A DNA stretch of 64,000 nt from Massalongia carnosa (lineage: Eukaryota), in contig OZ287067.1 in assembly GCA_965645245.1 (NCBI GenBank), positions 1,922,001 through 1,986,000 on the forward strand. The letters are read 5' to 3'. How positions within the stretch are numbered: the stretch's first letter is position 1; every line of letters starts with the position of its first letter. Below, in pieces: positions 60,601 through 64,000 of the stretch. The position numbers were made by a program, and so were the translations under genes. Below the pieces are notes generated by a model that saw only the letters and a list, made by a program, of their open reading frames with translations, searched no databases and had not been told where the DNA came from.

Positions 60601-61031
60601 ACTGGCCTAGGCCCATTGCGAAAGGACGCCAAGAGAGCAAGAAGGGAGTCGCGTAGGGCTGGTAATGATTGTCGAGGAAGCTGGTCTAGATCGTAGGTAA
60701 TCTGAAAAGGTAAGTATACATGTTGAAGTACAACCCATAGAAAGTAGCCGTACCTTGCCCTTAAGCGTTGTGGCAGCAAATAGTCTAGCTTCTGCAGCCA
60801 CTTCAGATGCAGATAGCATTGAGTGAGTTACGGACCATGCTTCTGGCTAAAGAATTACAAAGAGTCAGTCTATATAATAATAAAATAGCGCTCCCAAGGT
60901 GTACTTACAGACTTCTGGAATTTCTCAAGAAACTCGTGAGCTTGAGACTTTTGTAGTCTGTCCACATTACTTTGCATAGTTGCTAAAGCCACCGAAACAG
61001 ACGCAAAGCTCTCATTCGCCATCGAAGCCAT
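57646..61031 (-). CDS. MTR10: Transportin-SR / importin-beta family karyopherin (multi-exon)
   Basis: A.EFLEKFQKS, FAATTLKGK|ITYDL, EFLRVLPEEVTEGRK, FREFRH.MGDVLKDC, WQELEAPLFSMRAMG, ERVCRCWR, and the C-terminus DFTNSYRRRNVAPR. Confidence 0.94.
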
Positions 61032-61568
61032 TGTGGACGAGATTCTTAAGAAGGCGGGGCGAAGCGGAGTGGAATTCTGTTATGACGGATAGATGGGCGA
61101 CAATGTGAATGATGTCACATGCCTTAGAGAGGAAGAATCTAGCATGAAGACAAAGATACGGTCGTCAAGCTTTAAAGTCTGTGAAGATTGTAGTATTTAG
61201 AAGCCTTTCATCTTATATGAGTAAGTTGATAGAAAACAACTCTAAATAGAGGACTCGGTCCAAATTAGTAATGCATTGGTACACACATTAATTAACCCCG
61301 GGTACCTTGTACGGGTATAGATACGCGTACTTACCCGAGTAATTTATCTTTCTAGTGCTACAACTAAAATATTTAAAAATAACAAAATGTAAAAGATAAG
61401 TTTAGTGTTTTGTAATTACATAATATTTGAAATTTATTATTTCTATAAAAGTTTCTTATTTTAAATTATATATAAAATATGTTAATTAAAATACATAAAA
61501 TTATCTATAATTTTTTTTCATAGAAATATTCGGGTATTACTGTAAAGGTAATTATCATAATAAGGGTG

Positions 61569-64000
61569 TGTAAAAGGATGTCCATTGAGATATGCGAGCA
61601 AGCTCGTCTATATACAGCTAATCTAGACTAGTCCCAATCTGGACCTGCTCCTATCATGGAAGGACCAAAGAGTTAAGCCGGGCTTATCACGGAGATAAGC
61701 AAGTGTTAGAGTACGAAAGCATGCTATGTTATATTATCGTGACAACTTCCCCCGAGCAAATAAGCTGCTACGACCCCGTAGCAATATTATTACTTACCAA
61801 CTCTGCCATCTTTCCTGGGTCTTCCACGACCCCTCTTTACTGGCACGACTGCTTTTGTAGCGGGTACCATAGCTCCCGTAGTAGGTGTTAGTGGGGCGGA
61901 TTGTGGAGTAGGTGTGACCTTTGTAGGACCAGTCGTGGACGTTTCAGCGGGAGCCACCTTTGACATTTGTACTGCCTCACCAGCTGGTGCTGTGATAGCA
62001 GGTGTTTCCTTGGTAACTACCGCAGTACTGGAGGTTGTTGACGCAGGTGGACTGCCAATGGACAGTGTGGACCCTATGCTCTTTTCGTAGTCATAGACTA
62101 ATTCCTTGGCATTGTCAAGATCCTTGATGCTATACTATTGATCGAACTCGGGTCCGTAGCCCTTCCATTTTACCAAGTACTGTATGGACTGTCCGCGGCC
62201 TTTCCGGACGACACGGTTATTTAATATCCTTTCTATCTCGTAAGACTTGAGGTAGTCCGTGTCTCCTTCCACGAAGACGGTGGGTGGATGATCAGGCCTG
62301 GGACGATCAAACGGGTCCGTCGCTGGTGGCGGACAGGGCTCTAGCTGTGCTACCGAGAAGACAGGATGAACCTTCCAATGGGGAGGGACGTCAAGGCGGT
62401 AAGCCAAGCGGCCGATTGTCTGTAAGACCTTGAAAGGCCGTACGTACTGTTGAGTGAGCTTCATGGTTACTCCAGTGGTCGAGGGGATGGAATATCCCTT
62501 ATGAAGCTTGAGCAGGGCCCATTCTCCCTCCTTCATGAACAAAGGTTGATGTAAGCGGTCATAGTGCCGTTTATAATTCATACTGGCAAAGGAGATAGCG
62601 TCCCTAGCTTGATTTCTAACTGCGGATATTTGTATTTCGGTATCATCCCTGAGAAGATCCAGGGCCGTATTTGGAGTAAATCCAAATGCTAGCTCATTAG
62701 GAGTCTTTCCGGTGGTGGAAGATGAAGAGTTGTTCAGAGATGACTGAATAGAAACTAGGACTTTTGGCGAGTCAGCTGGAGCCTCCAGGGTGGTTATGTG
62801 AAAACGTAAGGCAATTTCCGCCGTTTGATTCGTTCGTTCCGAACTTCCATCCGTCTGAGGATGATAAGCTGTGGAATAGAGTAGGGAAGTACCCAGTCTA
62901 TGAAAGATCGCCTTCCATAGCTCAGATAGGAACTTTGGATCCCGATCGGTAATAATCACCTTGGGGAGACCCCAGTTCATAAGAGAAAGACGTTCGTAGA
63001 GAAGGTCTGCCCAATTTACTGCACCGAACGTGGACTTTCCAGGAATCATGGTTATTTGCTTGGTAAATTTATCCGTTACAGACATTATCGAGTCCCATGC
63101 TTGCTTAGTGATGGGAAGTGCTAGGATAAAATCCAAAGTAATAGTATGAAATGGAACCGGTGGGCTGTCGATGGGCTGAAGACTTCCCCAGGGTTTATGT
63201 CTTCTGGTCTGAAGTACTAGACACTCTGGACAGTGTCGTACTCTCGTAATGTCCGTACCAGGTTCCTGACGTACCATGAACGAGTAACTATCTCATAGCC
63301 CCTGGCAAATCCAGGATGACCATTTCCATGCGCTATAGCAAATATGTCTTTGACACAACTGGCTGGTATACAGAGACGTCTGATACCTGAGAATCTATCT
63401 ATGTGATAGATGAGATCCTTGTCTGTTTTGCCAATTGGCAAAATGTCCTGAGTTGATTTTTCAGTTGAGTTTATCTCAGCTGGATTGACTGGAATTTCCA
63501 TAGTGTTTCCCCGGGCAAAAGGAATTTTAGCGGCGTCCTCGTCGAGTTTATCGTTAGTGTCTATCATTTGGATTATATTGATCCATAATTTATCTGTAGA
63601 ATAACCGGCGATAAGACGTTTTCTGAAGTCATTGCTCATTTCTACGACCGTAGTGTTATAGACGTATAAGACATCCAACTCCGAGTGATCATCGGCTAAG
63701 ATAGGCCTCACGTTGGCGCTGGCTAGTCGGGAAAGAGCATCAGGAATGATGTGCTCTTTGCCTGGTTTATGCCTGATGTCGAGTCGGAATTGACTCAGAA
63801 ACTGAGTAGCTCTGACCAATCGGACGTTCATTCTCATGGTCGATGTAGTGGCCGTTATTAGCTTTTGCTTACTGATTTCGATTATAGCGGAGTGATCTGT
63901 CTGAACGATCATTGGATGCTCCGATGATTGGACAAGGTGTCTGACTTTTTTGATGGTCCATACTAGACCTGCCATCTCTAGTTCAGTAGGCCAGTAGTTC
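61569..64000 (-). mobile_element. 3' part of a degenerate Gypsy chromovirus (RNase H, integrase, chromodomain, 3' LTR), truncated by the window end
   Basis: [42 protein letters not shown] and YLVKWKGYG. Frameshift at ~63240, stop at 62135. Putative LTR ~61569-61744 (TG...CA) next to purine tract GGGGGAAG. Confidence 0.9.

Noticed and set aside
61325..61545. Very AT-rich tract with weak TACCCGA inverted ends (MITE or RIP relic)
   Set aside because: The inverted match is too short, with no TSD or second copy in the window.
1..64000. tRNA, rRNA or prokaryotic systems; the many short antisense ORFs in the track
   Set aside because: No such RNA genes or operons were recognised by eye; the short ORFs overlap confidently assigned genes or TEs on other frames.

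Overview
Filamentous ascomycete (Pezizomycotina-like) genomic DNA with short spliceosomal introns. Positions 1-44.7 kb are a dense nest of transposable elements around one host gene, ALG7. The nest holds five pogo/Fot1/Tigger DDE elements, two Ty3/Gypsy chromoviruses (one with intact ORFs, one with a 5'-truncated LINE fused in frame into gag), and five copies of a ~170-bp solo LTR. It also holds a Crypton (tyrosine-recombinase) element, an internally deleted Academ(H)-like element (transposase plus RecQ helicase) with nested non-autonomous relatives, and a head-to-tail array of four Helitron units. Positions 44.8-61 kb are a gene-dense housekeeping block (SEH1, NUR1, VMA7, NPC2, SET3-like, MTR10), followed by the 3' part of a third, degenerate Gypsy element. 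The most unusual signals are: (i) multi-hairpin fold-back termini with a compensatory base-pair change and apparent self-targeted nesting in the AcademH-like family; (ii) Crypton ends that rejoin into a loxP/FRT-like site (13-bp inverted arms around TATGG); (iii) spacer-free CTCG|TC Helitron tandem junctions; (iv) an in-frame Gag::LINE-RT fusion ORF. All family assignments come from motif recognition by eye; no database searches were run.
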